64,000 nucleotides of DNA from a virus, in the IMG/VR virus record IMGVR_UViG_3300046542_000074, positions 1 through 64,000 of that record. One strand, written 5' to 3'. Below are positions 36,778 to 45,930 of the stretch, one piece after another. The notes below the pieces were generated by a model. The model was not told the DNA's origin, ran no database searches, and worked only from the letters and a program-made list of their open reading frames with translations. Numbering within the stretch: the first letter of the stretch is position 1; each line of letters begins with the position of its first letter. The position numbers were made by a program, and so were the translations under genes.

Positions 36778-38328
36778 ATGTCGAGTAAAGACATCGAAGT
36801 TCGGCCACAGTCTCCATTCCAAGAAAAGTATTTAAAGAGCAACGCCAAGATTCTTATCGTCGGCGGGGCTGCCGGGAGTTCAAAAAGTTACGTAGGGTTG
36901 ATGCGTCACCTACGCTGGACGAATGACCCAAACTATCGTGGATTCTGTATCCGTAAGAACAGTACTGCCATTATGAAATCTGGTGGTTTGTTCGAACAAG
37001 CTAAGCGCTTGTATTCAAAAGTTTATCCGCCTATCAATGGCGTCCCTCAGATTCAAACCAAACTTAAAGATCAGAAACTGGTGTTCCCAAGTGGAGCAAG
37101 TATTAGCTTCTCACACTACGAGAATGATAGTGCCGGTGACTTGTATCAAGGTTTGGAGTTGTCCTCAGTCTTCTATGACGAAGGTACACATGCTGATGAA
37201 TCACATCTCTGGTGGTTGTTCTCTCGTCTACGGACAGAAGCAGACATGGGGTATGATGAAAACGGCAAGAAACTTGAGGCATGTATGTGGGTTTCGTGTA
37301 ACCCCGATCCTGATTCATTTCTTTATGAGTGGGTTAAATGGTGGCTGTATCCAGAAGGTCACGAGAAGTTCGGTCTTCCTGATCCTGAAAAGAACGGCTT
37401 AACTCGTTACTTGCTCCGTGTTGAGGGCGAGTTGGTATGGGGCGATACATGGGAAGAGTTGTATGAGAAACATCATAAACCTGAATTCCCGGTAGACCAC
37501 GAAGAACAAATTAGACCTATTCCTTTCCAAGTGTTGCTCGGGAATCTTTATGATAACCCAACACTTATGAAATCCAACCCCGGCTATAAAGCTGCTCTTG
37601 AAGCACTGCCTGATGTAGAGCGTCGTCGCCTCCTGCTTGGAGATTGGAACGCTCGGGAAGTTGGTAGCACATACTTTCAACGAGAGTGGTGTAAAGAGTT
37701 ACTAGAAGAACCTCCGAAATCGGATATCGTTCGAACAGTCAGAGCATATGACTTTGCAGGTACGTTGAAGTCTTCAGCTAACCCAAGTCCTGACTACACT
37801 GCTAGTGCAAAGATTAGCAAACTAAAGAACGGTGATTATTTTGTACATGATGTTCAACGGACTCGTATGCTCTTTGGAGAATGGGAAAGTCACATTATTG
37901 CCAATGCACGTCGAGATGGTGGTGATTGCGAAATCATTGTCCCACTTGACCCCGGCGCACAAGCCAAAGTTGCAACTGGTATCATGACAAGATCACTGAG
38001 TGAGAAAGGTTATCGCGTTAGAACAATCAAGACAAGTCAATCAAAGCTTGATCGATTCCGTCCATTCTCTTCGCTTGCTCATAATGGTCACATCTCTTTC
38101 CTTAAAGGTTGTGGATATGATTATGAGAACAACATTGAAGCCAACAACAACTTTGTGTTCAAAGAACTTGAAGCATTCAATGGTAAGCGGAAAGGTGGTG
38201 AAGCGGGCCACGATGATATCGTTGACGCCTGCTCTGACTGCATATCCATTCTCGCAACACGAGTAAACATCCCCAACATGGCGAACGCCTTGGGATCAAT
38301 GAAACTAACAAACCCTACTTCATTCTGA
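36778..38328 (+). CDS. terL: terminase large subunit
   Basis: Walker A GGAAGSSKS, Walker B FYDEG, CNP coupling motif, nuclease YDFA/DYTA/HDDIVD. Confidence 0.92.
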   Translation: MSSKDIEVRPQSPFQEKYLKSNAKILIVGGAAGSSKSYVGLMRHLRWTNDPNYRGFCIRKNSTAIMKSGGLFEQAKRLYSKVYPPINGVPQIQTKLKDQKLVFPSGASISFSHYENDSAGDLYQGLELSSVFYDEGTHADESHLWWLFSRLRTEADMGYDENGKKLEACMWVSCNPDPDSFLYEWVKWWLYPEGHEKFGLPDPEKNGLTRYLLRVEGELVWGDTWEELYEKHHKPEFPVDHEEQIRPIPFQVLLGNLYDNPTLMKSNPGYKAALEALPDVERRRLLLGDWNAREVGSTYFQREWCKELLEEPPKSDIVRTVRAYDFAGTLKSSANPSPDYTASAKISKLKNGDYFVHDVQRTRMLFGEWESHIIANARRDGGDCEIIVPLDPGAQAKVATGIMTRSLSEKGYRVRTIKTSQSKLDRFRPFSSLAHNGHISFLKGCGYDYENNIEANNNFVFKELEAFNGKRKGGEAGHDDIVDACSDCISILATRVNIPNMANALGSMKLTNPTSF

Positions 38329-38340
38329 TAAGGAGAAGCA

Positions 38341-39840
38341 ATGGCTGCTGAGTCAGACGATACAACACTCTCCTTGAAACAGGGAGACAATGATGTTCCC
38401 GCTATTACCAAGGGTGAAACAGGTTACAGTGGTTTAGTTACACTTGGTGGAAAGATTTGGGATCAATGCAATCATGAGTTGATTTGGCCCCAAGCCTATC
38501 ACACGTTCAAGAAGATGGCACTTGATGGTGCTGTCCATCCTTCACTGGACTTTGTTGAAACAAAGATTGCTGAAGCCACTTGGAAAGTTCGTATCCCTAA
38601 AGGGTATGAAAAAGAACTGAAAGAACATGCGAAGTTCCTAGACCAAGTTAAAGATGACATGGATCACAGTTGGACACAATTCATTCAGAACGCTGCAACC
38701 TTTAACCGCTACGGTTTCAGTGTTGTAGAGAAAGTATTCCGCTATCGCAACAAGGTTTACGGTAGTAAGTTTGATGACGGCTTGTGGGGCTTGAAACGTC
38801 TCCCAATTCGTGGTCAAGGTACTATCCAAGAGTGGGACTGGCGCAACAGTGGTCGTGACCTAGACGGTTTCTGGCAACGTTGTGTAGTGCCCATTCCTTC
38901 GGCAGATAAGCTTGTCGATATGACTAATGCCCGCAAGCAAGAATACAAAGTTAAATGGATTCCACGTAAGAAGTTCATCCTCTTCCGCCACAACCCACAA
39001 GACGATAGCCCACAAGGTACATCGCCACTGACCGGTGTTTGGCAAGCGTGGAAAATGAAGCAGGCTTTCCAAGAAGCTGAAGCTATTGGTACAGCACAAG
39101 ATAACAACGCCTTTAAGATTCTTTACCTTCCTCCTGAATATCTGGTTGACGATGCTGACGAAGATCGTAAGAAGAGTTATGAACTCTACCAGAAGATGAT
39201 GGAGAACGCACACCAAGCTAAGTCGAGTGGGTTCATTCTGCCTATGCTTCTTGATGCTGACGGTAAAAAGATGTTTGACTTCGAACTGAAGAACATCTCT
39301 GGCGGTAAGTCTTACGATGTGAACATTATCATTCAACGTTACACCAAAGAGATTCAAGTTGGTTTGTTTACCGATGTACTCTCGTTGGGTTCTGGAGGTG
39401 GTTCGTACTCTCTTGCTGAATCTAAAGTAAGCTTTGCAAACTTGGCTGTTAAGTCTCGACTGACAGAGATTAAAGATCAACTTAACCACGACTTGGTTCC
39501 TCAACTCTTCGCGCTGAATGGTTGGCCTACCGATGTCATGCCTTACTTTGACTTTGATATGCCTGACCAAGAAACAATGGACAACAAGGGTAAGTTCTAC
39601 CAGCGTGTGAAAGCTGTTGGCTTGCTTCCAATTGTTCCTGCCACAATTAACCAAGTGTTGAAAGATGCTGGCATTGATTATTACGTTCCTGATGACATGA
39701 GTACAGAAGAACTTATGAAGTTACTGGGTACTCCCACTTCCGAAGCTGGCGGTGGTATGAAGTCTGGATTAAATGGGTCTAACGGTAGCGGCACTGGCAA
39801 GTCTGGTGATAGTTCTACTGGCAATAAGGAGAATTCTTGA
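38341..39840 (+). CDS. portal protein
   Basis: 499 aa directly after TerL; YGFSVVEKV, GSYSLAESK. Confidence 0.85.
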   Translation: MAAESDDTTLSLKQGDNDVPAITKGETGYSGLVTLGGKIWDQCNHELIWPQAYHTFKKMALDGAVHPSLDFVETKIAEATWKVRIPKGYEKELKEHAKFLDQVKDDMDHSWTQFIQNAATFNRYGFSVVEKVFRYRNKVYGSKFDDGLWGLKRLPIRGQGTIQEWDWRNSGRDLDGFWQRCVVPIPSADKLVDMTNARKQEYKVKWIPRKKFILFRHNPQDDSPQGTSPLTGVWQAWKMKQAFQEAEAIGTAQDNNAFKILYLPPEYLVDDADEDRKKSYELYQKMMENAHQAKSSGFILPMLLDADGKKMFDFELKNISGGKSYDVNIIIQRYTKEIQVGLFTDVLSLGSGGGSYSLAESKVSFANLAVKSRLTEIKDQLNHDLVPQLFALNGWPTDVMPYFDFDMPDQETMDNKGKFYQRVKAVGLLPIVPATINQVLKDAGIDYYVPDDMSTEELMKLLGTPTSEAGGGMKSGLNGSNGSGTGKSGDSSTGNKENS

Positions 39841-41202
39841 ATGACGGCTCACAGCCTCGTTAGGATCAAAGGTTCTCTGGTTAACACGCCTCATCTGATT
39901 GAACAGAATAGTTTCAATAGTGTAATGGACTATGTTAACCAGCGGATTAAAGGTGACGCTGTAATTGCTCCTGAAGTTAAGACTGAAGAGTATATGAGCG
40001 GTGCTTTGTATTACAAAGAATCTCGTACTGGTGTGATGAACATCGATGGCCCACTAACTTACAAGTCTTCCGGTTGGGAGGCATTTTGTGGTGGCACATC
40101 TTACGAGATGCTGAAAGAACAAATGGTTGAGTTGGTTGAATCCGGTGCGAAGACTGTAGCTTGGATTTGTGACTCTGGTGGTGGTGAAGCCTTCGGTATG
40201 ATGGACACAGCCAACTACCTGCGCAAACTTGCTGATGAAAATGACATTCAAATCATTGCCTTCGTTGAAGGTATGTCGGCATCTGCTTGTTATGGTTTGG
40301 CTTGTGTAGCTGATGAAATCGTAATGACTAAAGACTCTCAAGTCGGGTCTATTGGTGTGTTGATTCAATTGATGAACAACTCTAAGGCTCTTGAGAAAGC
40401 CGGTTATGAACGAACCTTCATTACTGCTGGTAAAGATAAAGTTCCATTCGACAAAGATGGTGCTTTCACTGAAGCCTTTACCACTCGCTTGCAAGACCAA
40501 GTTAACGCTCTGTATGACGAGTTTACTTCTCACGTAGCCACTCACCGTGAACTCTCGGTTGATGCTGTTAAAGGTACAGAAGCTAATGTATTCCTCAGTG
40601 CTGATGCTGTAAGTCTTGGACTTGCTGACAAGGTAATGACTGTTGAGGAATTTTATGAATATCTTGCGGAAACCGCACAGACAAACGGAGGCTCTATGCG
40701 AAACCCGCTGGAACGCATTCTAACCCAAACAACTAAAACTCAAATCGAGGACACTACTGAAATGGCTAAACTGGAAGAAATTCAAGCGTTGCTGGACACC
40801 GCCACTGGTAAGCTGGAAGCATCTAATACCGAACTGGCTACAATTAAAGCCGCTTATGAGAAACAAGCCGCTGATCTAACTGCTGCTAAAGCTGCACTGG
40901 ATGCTATCGACCAAGCCGCTGCTGTTGCTGAAGTAGAAGCTCGTCGCACCAAACTCTCGGCTGTACTGCCTGCTGACAAAGTGGAAGCTAACTTGGCTGC
41001 TCTGACTGCACTTGATGGCGCTGCTTTCAATATCGTTGTTGCAGGTCTGCAAGCTGGTAAAGATGCCGCTATGGCTTCCGAAAGTGCTCAGGAGCTGGGT
41101 GAAGAGGGTGCTGAACTGGAAGATAAAACTGTAGATGCTCAAGCTGCTCACGATGCAATTACGGCTGCTGCCATTGCTCGTATTAAAGCCCAACGCGCTT
41201 AA
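39841..41202 (+). CDS. S49 prohead protease / scaffold
   Basis: DSGGGE, SASACY, GSIGV, GLADKV; Ala-rich coiled-coil C-terminus. Confidence 0.88.
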   Translation: MTAHSLVRIKGSLVNTPHLIEQNSFNSVMDYVNQRIKGDAVIAPEVKTEEYMSGALYYKESRTGVMNIDGPLTYKSSGWEAFCGGTSYEMLKEQMVELVESGAKTVAWICDSGGGEAFGMMDTANYLRKLADENDIQIIAFVEGMSASACYGLACVADEIVMTKDSQVGSIGVLIQLMNNSKALEKAGYERTFITAGKDKVPFDKDGAFTEAFTTRLQDQVNALYDEFTSHVATHRELSVDAVKGTEANVFLSADAVSLGLADKVMTVEEFYEYLAETAQTNGGSMRNPLERILTQTTKTQIEDTTEMAKLEEIQALLDTATGKLEASNTELATIKAAYEKQAADLTAAKAALDAIDQAAAVAEVEARRTKLSAVLPADKVEANLAALTALDGAAFNIVVAGLQAGKDAAMASESAQELGEEGAELEDKTVDAQAAHDAITAAAIARIKAQRA

Positions 41203-41237
41203 TACACCAACTTACTAAACAAAGAGGAAACACACTA

Positions 41238-41672
41238 ATGGCTTTCACAAACGTACCTTACGAAAAACGCATCTCTGATGTCATTGTAGATCAATACCCT
41301 GATGGCGGTTACAACTTCGACAATGCCAACATCACCCCTGCCGGTGTCATCCCACTGGGTACTATTGTATTCCGTGCTAAGAGTCAGGATGTAGCTGCTG
41401 CTTGGGCAACTGGTCTGGTAGCTGCTGATCTGGTAACTACTAACGAATTCGCGCTGGTTTATGGTGATGGTTTCAGTTTCAAAGCTGACTTCACTCCAGT
41501 TGCTATTGCCGGTGGTCGTTACAACGCTGTCGTTATGAAACGTGGCCCTGCAACTCTGAAAGAGTTCTACATCAAAGCCGCTCACTCGGGCCTGAACGCT
41601 GCTCAACTGGGCACACTGAAGTCCCTGTTGGCTGCTCAAGGTATTGTCGTTCTCGACGGTATCAACGCTTAA
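41238..41672 (+). CDS. head decoration protein
   Basis: Between protease and MCP. Confidence 0.7.
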   Translation: MAFTNVPYEKRISDVIVDQYPDGGYNFDNANITPAGVIPLGTIVFRAKSQDVAAAWATGLVAADLVTTNEFALVYGDGFSFKADFTPVAIAGGRYNAVVMKRGPATLKEFYIKAAHSGLNAAQLGTLKSLLAAQGIVVLDGINA

Positions 41673-41740
41673 TACACTCTTCATAGATTAGATGAGGACA
41701 CTCAGAGAAAGTGTCCTTGTCCTTACAAAAGGAATAAATA

Positions 41741-42823
41741 ATGACTCTGGTACTTAATCGTTCGAACACCAACAAGTATGTTGACCGTACTGATATTCTG
41801 GTGGAACTGCCTCGTAACATTGGTCTGACTGGCGCACTGGGCCTGTTCAACGAAACATTTACAACTCAGAAGACCATCGAGATTGCCCGTAAGCAATACA
41901 AAAACAACCTCGTAAAAGATAAAAACTGGGATGAGAAAGATCAGACAGTAGTTGATCGCCCAACTCGTGGCTTCCTGCAACTCAAGATCCCACACTTCCC
42001 ACTGCGTGACGCAATCAAGCCTTCGGATATCGACGGTATCGGTAAAGTGGATTCGATTCTGGAAGCTGCTGGTCTGGAACAAGTTCAAGATGTTCGTCTG
42101 GAAAAGATGGCTACTCTGCAAAACGCGCACTCCCTGACTCTGGAAGCTGCTCGTATGCAACTGATCACCGCTGGTACTGTATATGCACCAAACGGTACTC
42201 TGGCTACTTCCTACGGCCCAACTGTTGACTGCTACACCGAAATGGGTGTGAGCCGTGTAACTAAAGTACTGCCACTGTCCGGCTCTGCTGATCCACGTTT
42301 GATGTGCCAAGAGATTGTACGTGACATGCGTATGGCTCTGCGTAACTCCGAGGGTGGCCTGAAGCGTATTCTGGTTCTGTGTGGTTCGGCGTTCTTCTCG
42401 GCTGTTATCACTAACGCCTACGTTACTGACGCTGTGAAGTACTTCCAACAAGCTCAATCGATCAACATCCTGACCGGTGTTGCTGATCAGGCTGCTGGTT
42501 TCGATGTAGGCTTCGGTCAAATCACTCTGTGGGGTCTGACTTTCGTTGACGCTGGTACTTCGGGCTACGACGACAACGCTGGTACTTTTGTTCCGTTCAT
42601 CGCTGATGCCGAAGCAATCGTAATTCCACAAGGCGTTCGTAACATGTTCCGTACTTGGTACGCTCCAGCCAACACCTTCAGTTCGATCAACCAAAAATCG
42701 AAAGGTTCGTACTACTCGGAATTCGCTTCTGAAGAAGACGATCTGATCAAGATCAAAACTGAGCAAAACTTCTTGAACTTCTGCCTGTTCCCACAAGCGA
42801 TTTTCAAACTCACCAAGTCCTAA
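41741..42823 (+). CDS. major capsid protein
   Basis: 360 aa, high codon bias, IPHFPLRDAIKPSDIDG, APANTF; terminator follows. Confidence 0.88.
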   Translation: MTLVLNRSNTNKYVDRTDILVELPRNIGLTGALGLFNETFTTQKTIEIARKQYKNNLVKDKNWDEKDQTVVDRPTRGFLQLKIPHFPLRDAIKPSDIDGIGKVDSILEAAGLEQVQDVRLEKMATLQNAHSLTLEAARMQLITAGTVYAPNGTLATSYGPTVDCYTEMGVSRVTKVLPLSGSADPRLMCQEIVRDMRMALRNSEGGLKRILVLCGSAFFSAVITNAYVTDAVKYFQQAQSINILTGVADQAAGFDVGFGQITLWGLTFVDAGTSGYDDNAGTFVPFIADAEAIVIPQGVRNMFRTWYAPANTFSSINQKSKGSYYSEFASEEDDLIKIKTEQNFLNFCLFPQAIFKLTKS

Positions 42824-42836
42824 TAAGGCGAACACT

Positions 42837-42865
42837 AGGGCTGGCGTCATGCTGGCCCTTTCTTG
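42837..42865 (+). terminator. terminator after capsid gene
   Basis: agggctggc-gtcat-gctggccct-ttctt. Confidence 0.7.
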
Positions 42866-42880
42866 TTTAAGGAGAATGTA

Positions 42881-43252
42881 ATGACAGATGATGAAAAGAA
42901 GTCTCTCCTTGCCTTGATGATTGGTGATATTGCTGGCAATCCTTATTTCCCATTGTTTACAGTTGACCAATACGGACAATTCCTGACTGGTTCATCTGGT
43001 AATGTTCAAAGGGCAGTTGTGACGGCTGCTACATCCGCTTCGTTTATTGTTGCTGGCAACCCTACACGGGAAGTGATTGGTGATTTGCAAACATCTAATA
43101 ACCTAAGTGCTAACTACCTGAAAGCCTTGGATTATCTGATTAAGAACGCATCAAGCACACCGCCATCAAATCTTATGCCTTGGTTCGGTGGTATGGATAG
43201 TTGCCAACGTAACAAGTTGCTTGAGTTCACCTTGTGTGATCGTGGGTGCTAA
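42881..43252 (+). CDS. putative head-tail adaptor
   Basis: Synteny. Confidence 0.6.
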   Translation: MTDDEKKSLLALMIGDIAGNPYFPLFTVDQYGQFLTGSSGNVQRAVVTAATSASFIVAGNPTREVIGDLQTSNNLSANYLKALDYLIKNASSTPPSNLMPWFGGMDSCQRNKLLEFTLCDRGC

Positions 43253-43255
43253 CTT

Positions 43256-43651
43256 ATGGCATTAGGTATTCAGGAAAGAATGCGTGGTGTCGCAATCAAG
43301 ATGCTTGGTCTTGCACCTAAAGGATACGGTGGGCCACTGACACTGACACAAGTTACAGAAGGTGTATTTGATCCAAGTACTGGTGGAATTACTGATCCAG
43401 TGGTGACGACTTATAACTGTAGTGGTTTGCGGATGAACTATGAAAGTTGGGACTACAGGAACACAGCAATTGCTTCTGGTGATTATCAAATCTACCTATC
43501 CCCTGTTCTGATTGATGGCACAGAATGCCCTAAGCCAGTCACTGGTAACACTATCACACTCGGCACCGAAGTTGGTGGGGTTGTAAGCATAGAACCTTTC
43601 AACAGTGATGTTGTTAATTGTGGTTGGAAACTCCAGATGAGGCTTGGTTAA
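43256..43651 (+). CDS. putative head closure protein
   Basis: GVFDPSTGG, synteny. Confidence 0.6.
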   Translation: MALGIQERMRGVAIKMLGLAPKGYGGPLTLTQVTEGVFDPSTGGITDPVVTTYNCSGLRMNYESWDYRNTAIASGDYQIYLSPVLIDGTECPKPVTGNTITLGTEVGGVVSIEPFNSDVVNCGWKLQMRLG

Positions 43652-44052
43652 TGTCTTTCATGGATACCATTAATCAATGGAAAGCTGAAACAGAAGAGAC
43701 ATTGGATAGCATCCTACAGACCGTCGCTTACAGGATTGGTGAGTCAGTTGTAATGCTCTCCCCTGTTGATACAGGTCTGTTCAAGGGTAACTGGCAATTC
43801 AGCTTAACTGGTACTAACGCAAGTCTATTGCGAGAGGACAAAGACGGAACTGCTGTACTTGCTGACATGCTCTCTGGCTCTAAGACATTCACTGCTGGAC
43901 AAGTTGCTTACATTCAAAACCATCTTGATTATGGATGGGATCTTGAGCATGGCTACAGTCCACAAGCTCGTGATCCAGACGGTATGGTAAGGGTTACAGC
44001 ACTTAGGTTCACAGAGATAGTTAACGAGGCAGTAAAGCTTCACAGTAAATAA
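43651..44052 (+). CDS. HK97 gp10-like neck/tail completion protein
   Basis: SPVDTGLFKGNW, LEHGYSPQA..GMVRVT. Confidence 0.75.
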   Translation: MSFMDTINQWKAETEETLDSILQTVAYRIGESVVMLSPVDTGLFKGNWQFSLTGTNASLLREDKDGTAVLADMLSGSKTFTAGQVAYIQNHLDYGWDLEHGYSPQARDPDGMVRVTALRFTEIVNEAVKLHSK

Positions 44053-44063
44053 GGAGATATAGC

Positions 44064-44477
44064 ATGAGTCATGCCAAAGCGAGGAACTTGTTCAACAAGG
44101 CTCTCCAAGACTATGCAACAACTAAAGGATACAAAGTTGCATACGACAACGTGAAGTACTCTCCTGTTGTTGGTGAAGTGTATCTGCAATCACATTTGAT
44201 TCCAGCAAGCACACTGACAGAGACATTGGGTGGTGATCATAAGATGTTTCTTGGTTTGTACCAAGTAAGTATCGTTACAGCATATGGAACTGCTGTACTT
44301 GTATCAGACACCATCGCGGCAGAACTTCAAAACATATTCACAATCGATAAGGTGTTTACAGACACCACTGGATTCCAAGTACAAGTATATTCCCCGTTCC
44401 ATACACCAGAAGGAAAGGTGGTAGGAACTAGCTGGATTGTACCAAGTTACTTTGAATATCGCTCAGACACAAACTAA
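44064..44477 (+). CDS. tail terminator
   Basis: Precedes major tail protein; GLYQVSI. Confidence 0.7.
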   Translation: MSHAKARNLFNKALQDYATTKGYKVAYDNVKYSPVVGEVYLQSHLIPASTLTETLGGDHKMFLGLYQVSIVTAYGTAVLVSDTIAAELQNIFTIDKVFTDTTGFQVQVYSPFHTPEGKVVGTSWIVPSYFEYRSDTN

Positions 44478-44490
44478 AGAGGAAACACTA

Positions 44491-45138
44491 ATGGCTTTCA
44501 AACTTCCAAACGGTAGTACTTTCGACCACGCTGCTACATACAGCACTGCAAACACTATCACTTCCATTTCCAACGCTACTCAAGCTGTTGTTACTGGCAC
44601 ACACGCCTATTCGGTAGGTGACGTTGTTCTGATTACTTCGGGCTGGGTTAAGCTGACAGGTCGTGCATTCCGTGTTAAGACAGTAAGCACCACTGTATCG
44701 TTCACCATTGACCTCGATACCACAAACACTGCCAAATACCCTGTAGGTAGCTCGGCTGGTACTTCGAAGAAAGTGGCTACTTGGGTCAACATCCCACAAA
44801 TCACTGCTGTAAGTTCGACCGGTGGCGAGCAACAGTTCTACACCTTCGGCTTCTTGGAAGACAGTGATGACCGTCAACTGCCTACAACTAAGACACCTTC
44901 TGTGTTGACACTGACTGTAGCGGATGACCCTGCTCAACCTTTCGTTCCAGTTGTTGAAGCTGCTGACGAAAACAAAACCATCGAAGTTCAACGTCTGAAC
45001 TTGATCAACGGTGACGTTGTAATGTACGCCTCTGTTACCAGCATCAGTTACACACCAACACTGGAACGTAACAATCTGATGACTCGTACAATTACACTGG
45101 CTCAACAAGGTCGTGTAACTCGTTACGTTGCTCCATAA
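44491..45138 (+). CDS. major tail tube protein
   Basis: MAFKLPNGS, SGWVKL, GGEQQF. Confidence 0.85.
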   Translation: MAFKLPNGSTFDHAATYSTANTITSISNATQAVVTGTHAYSVGDVVLITSGWVKLTGRAFRVKTVSTTVSFTIDLDTTNTAKYPVGSSAGTSKKVATWVNIPQITAVSSTGGEQQFYTFGFLEDSDDRQLPTTKTPSVLTLTVADDPAQPFVPVVEAADENKTIEVQRLNLINGDVVMYASVTSISYTPTLERNNLMTRTITLAQQGRVTRYVAP

Positions 45139-45162
45139 GACAAACTAACGATGTAACCTTTG

Positions 45163-45192
45163 AAGCCTTGCCGCAAGGTGAGGCTTTTCTTA
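45163..45192 (+). terminator. terminator after tail tube gene
   Basis: aagccttgcc-gcaa-ggtgaggctt-ttctt. Confidence 0.75.
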
Positions 45193-45208
45193 TTTCAAGG
45201 AGAATAAA

Positions 45209-45595
45209 ATGGCTAAACTATTCAAGATTGCTGTAGCACCAACTTTCAAATCCACTGTTAAAGTTCCTCGTGTTGGTGGTGATCCTCTCGACGTACAGTT
45301 CGAATTCAAAACTATGGATCGTAAGCAACTGGCTAAAGTGTACGGTGCTTGGGAGAAAGCAACTAAAGAAATGATCCAAGAAGCAAATGATAAAGAGTGG
45401 AGTTTGGAGGAATGGGCAGACTCTGAGATTGCCCTGCAAGTAAGCCAACTGAAAGATGTTGTGGTTGGTTGGAACTTTGATGATGAGTTCAATGACGAGA
45501 ATATTGAAGCTCTGGTAAGTTCCAGCATCTCTGTTACTTCGGCTATCACAGAAGTTTATAACGAAGCTTACGTCAAGGCCAAGTCGGGAAACTAA
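45209..45595 (+). CDS. tail assembly chaperone (gpG-like)
   Basis: PTFKSTVKVPRVGG, VVGW; ends in slippery G GGA AAC. Confidence 0.85.
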   Translation: MAKLFKIAVAPTFKSTVKVPRVGGDPLDVQFEFKTMDRKQLAKVYGAWEKATKEMIQEANDKEWSLEEWADSEIALQVSQLKDVVVGWNFDDEFNDENIEALVSSSISVTSAITEVYNEAYVKAKSGN

Positions 45596-45930
45596 TCGAC
45601 GTTGCCCATGCCATGTACGAACCTGACACCAGCGAGAAACAAGCTGCCATGTTTGGTTTGAACCTTTCTGAAATCCCTAATGAAGTTATCGAAGTGTGGG
45701 ATATCAACTGGCCAGCCTTTAGTGTGTTCTATGCAATGAATACACAATGGCGAATGGCGGGTATGGGTGGCGAGAGAACAGGATTAGATTACAACGCAAT
45801 TCCTGTTGTGGCTAAACTTCTCGGCTTGAAGTCCAAACAAACACAAGAGATATTCTCCAGTATTCAAGTTATGGAGAATGAAGCCTTAACCACAATGAGG
45901 GAAAGCACACCAAATGCCAACGATAGCTGA
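45592..45930 (+). CDS. tail assembly chaperone -1 frameshift extension (gpT-like)
   Basis: Open -1 frame from slippery site; TQWR..GLDYNA..IQVMENEAL. Confidence 0.8.
   Translation, partial: LIDVAHAMYEPDTSEKQAAMFGLNLSEIPNEVIEVWDINWPAFSVFYAMNTQWRMAGMGGERTGLDYNAIPVVAKLLGLKSKQTQEIFSSIQVMENEALTTMRESTPNANDS

Noticed and set aside
41723-42979. 418-aa minus-strand ORF, and similar long antisense ORFs at 38860, 46127 and 44488
   Set aside because: Shadows of strongly codon-biased structural genes; no SD or recognisable motifs
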